A stretch of DNA of 63,871 nt, filler included, from Rhabdomonas costata (lineage: Eukaryota): NCBI GenBank assembly GCA_019059605.1. It is 54 parts of 54 records of this genome, joined end to end, with 100 filler letters (N's around TTAATTAATTAA, not from the genome) between each part and the next. Parts side by side here need not be neighbours in the genome. Positions count along the whole stretch, not along the records: positions 61,605 to 62,687 come from JAHMHO010029438.1; positions 62,788 to 63,871 come from JAHMHO010029439.1; 52 more parts are not named here. One strand, written 5' to 3'. Position numbers and translations under genes: made by a program. Positions 61,671 to 63,871 of this stretch are shown in pieces. Numbering within the stretch: position 1 is the stretch's first letter; each line of letters begins with the position of its first letter. The notes below the pieces were generated by a model. It was not told the DNA's origin. It ran no database searches and saw only the letters and a program-made list of their open reading frames with translations.

Positions 61671-63069
61671 TGCAAACCTGCCGAAGCAGGATCATTCTCC
61701 CTGGGATTTAGTAAGTAGCCCTGAATGAACGTTTGGACCATTTGGACCAGATTTCATCCTGATCAGTCCACTTTGTTATGTTCCAAGTGTTGGGGTCGGT
61801 ACAAAGAACCACTCTTAAAATAGTGATGTGACACGAGCTCCAGGTCCCGACGATTGTGTGGCTGGTGAGTCCAAGGGGCATGTGACCGCGCAGTGCTGAT
61901 GACGCTGCCTACACGTTTCGCGGAGGCATATTTGTGGCATTCATGGACTGCCGTATCACCGTACCACGTCTTTCGAATCTCTGGCCTGTGGGGCGCACGA
62001 TACATCCAAGTGGCTCTGTGGGATTGCCAAGCTCCACCTTTCATGCAAATAGTGATTGAGTAGTGTCGGAGGCCTTTCGTGGGGCTCTCTCCTCTCCGCT
62101 GGCAATGTGTTAGAACACGATATTCGTGGTACTTGGCAAGGATTGTACCACTGAAACCATCCTGTGGATTTCTTGCAGTCCGATGGCATTTGGTTTGCTT
62201 TTTCCCGGAGTTTGATCGGCGTTCCCGTGAGAGAGTGAGAGCGGAAGCAAAAGCGCAAGAAAAAGCGCAAATCCCTACAATTATGCCCTTGCGTAGCGAA
62301 CGCGGGGGTAAGCCCACTCTGCGGAGGACCAGCGCTCGCAAGGTTGGCGGGGTCAAATAGCCCGTCAGAGGGGTGGGGATCTTTGCTTTATATTTTTGGG
62401 CGTCGTTGGCTTCGTCAAACCCCATTCTCTCTCTCTCCCCGCTCCTCTCTCTATACACCCAAAGTTTTGTGCGTGTGTTAGTGCTATTATCAGCACGACC
62501 TGTCTCCCCGATCGTTCTGCTGATCGTTAGGGGGGAAGTGTCGGTCCCATAGGAAGCGACATACAAACACAAGCGCCCGCCAGTTAAATCAGTAATCGTT
62601 CTGTCCCGTTTCGAGGTGTCCCAGCTCCCCAGCCCTCTGACCCCACCAAAGAGCCCAGCACAACACGCATTCACCCTTCCACCACAANNNNNNNNNNNNN
62701 NNNNNNNNNNNNNNNNNNNNNNNNNNNNNNNTTAATTAATTAANNNNNNNNNNNNNNNNNNNNNNNNNNNNNNNNNNNNNNNNNNNNTGTTGGGGTGTGA
62801 GAACCTCTTTTGCAAACATCTTCAGTGAAACAGCAAACGTGAACAAACCTGCGCATGCCGAGACCCTCTGCACTTTGTGTCGTTCATGCAAATTGGGCTT
62901 TCATCCATATGGGCCTCATCAAAACCCATGCAATGCATTGTGGTTCGGACCGGTATTTCTCGTCTTGACCTTAAACTCACAGTTTATTGCATTGCAGCTT
63001 TTCCCCTGCCTGCTTTGTATGTGCTTTTTTGGACGAAGTTTGGTCGAGGGTGGGTTTGCACTTGGATAG

Positions 63070-63338
63070 GTGCTTCGCTGCCGCGAGTTGCTGGCTCTTC
63101 TGCGCAACATGTCCACCGCGAGTGTCAACGCCGCAGGTCGGGGCGGAGGACCTTCGTCTGCAGCCTCGCTCTTTGGGCTGTGGCACCGACCTCTGCAGGG
63201 CCCTGCCCTGCCAGGGATGACCTTACCCTGCGGCGAGCGCTGCCGCCAGAAGGCAGCCACTGTTGCTCCTGCAGGACAGGGGGCATCCGATGACATTAAG
63301 CGCAGTGATGCCAGCGGCAACAGCACAAAAGGCAGTGG
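63070..63338 (+). CDS. Exon of a hypothetical protein
   Basis: tag|VLRCRELLALLRNMST...KGSG|gtgagc. Confidence 0.45.
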
Positions 63339-63871
63339 GTGAGCAGCCTTTCAAGTTCTATGGCATCCCAAACCCGTGTGCCACCCTCCGCGGATCCGTG
63401 AAGGAGGCTTGTCTTTTCCACCTGCTCTTTTTTTTGTCCGCTTTTTACATTTTGATACTTTTAAACGGTGAGGTTTTAAACTATGACTTCTCCCCAGAGA
63501 TGTGTCGTTTGTGTGTATGCAAACCGGCCACCAAGCCTGTTAACTTCCCGGGTGACGTCCATCTTTGAGGTTTCCACCGCAACAGAAGCCAGCTTTCAGA
63601 GACATCTGTGTGTATTTGTGTGAGCTCGGGCAACCGGTGACCTCTCTCATGTCTCAGAAGCTTTTGTGCACCACCAGTTTCTGTCATCTTTGCCCCTTGT
63701 CTTAATGGTATGTTCTCTGTGAGCGGGTCTTCCCACACCTGCCCCCTGCCACCCCAGTTGCTCAGCTGCTCTAGTTCTCGTCGCGTTTTCTTCTGCAAAT
63801 GAGCAGCGTTGACTTCCTAACGCGAGCCCTGGAGAGCGCCGCGGCGGCGACCCAGCTAGATACCAACCACA

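Noticed and set aside
61763..62674. 303-aa ORF on the minus strand
   Set aside because: No recognisable motif or host-like codon bias, and it runs through a CT microsatellite; probably a chance ORF.
1086..62777. Regularly spaced TTAATTAATTAA units resembling a repeat array, and ORFs ending in X...LIN
   Set aside because: Synthetic linker embedded in N runs; the regular spacing reflects size-sorted contigs.
1..63871. Operon-like or multi-gene system built from neighbouring genes
   Set aside because: Each ~1.08-kb piece is an independent contig, so neighbours are not physically linked.

Overview
This window is not a contiguous locus. It is about 54 unrelated ~1.08-kb contigs joined by an artificial 100-nt linker (N44-TTAATTAATTAA-N44, stops in all six frames), so adjacency carries no synteny and ORF-track entries running into X...LIN are artefacts. 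The DNA is intron-rich eukaryotic nuclear sequence: short GC3-rich exons, GT-AG introns with degenerate donors, microsatellites and interstitial TTAGGG. By inference it is most likely a euglenid (Euglenozoa), given four fragments of Euglena-type receptor adenylate cyclases. Contig ends carry G/T-only primer remnants and fold-back hairpins, pointing to GenomePlex-type whole-genome amplification. Recognisable gene fragments: phospholipase B-like protein, class III nucleotide cyclases (x4), APC/LAT amino-acid transporter, CorA-like transporter, CaiB/BaiF CoA-transferase, GYF (CD2BP2-like) protein, kinesin, major vault protein, RWD protein, LRR surface protein, NAE1, CMGC kinase, RRM protein and family I pyrophosphatase. 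Best leads: a 2A/StopGo-like VEVNPGP motif inside a cyclase intron, a ~66-bp dispersed element shared by two contigs, and an in-frame TAG next to the catalytic Cys of an otherwise intact phospholipase B gene (probably a nonsense change or artefact rather than recoding). No convincing multi-gene novel system, CRISPR array, rRNA, tRNA or spliced-leader gene was seen.
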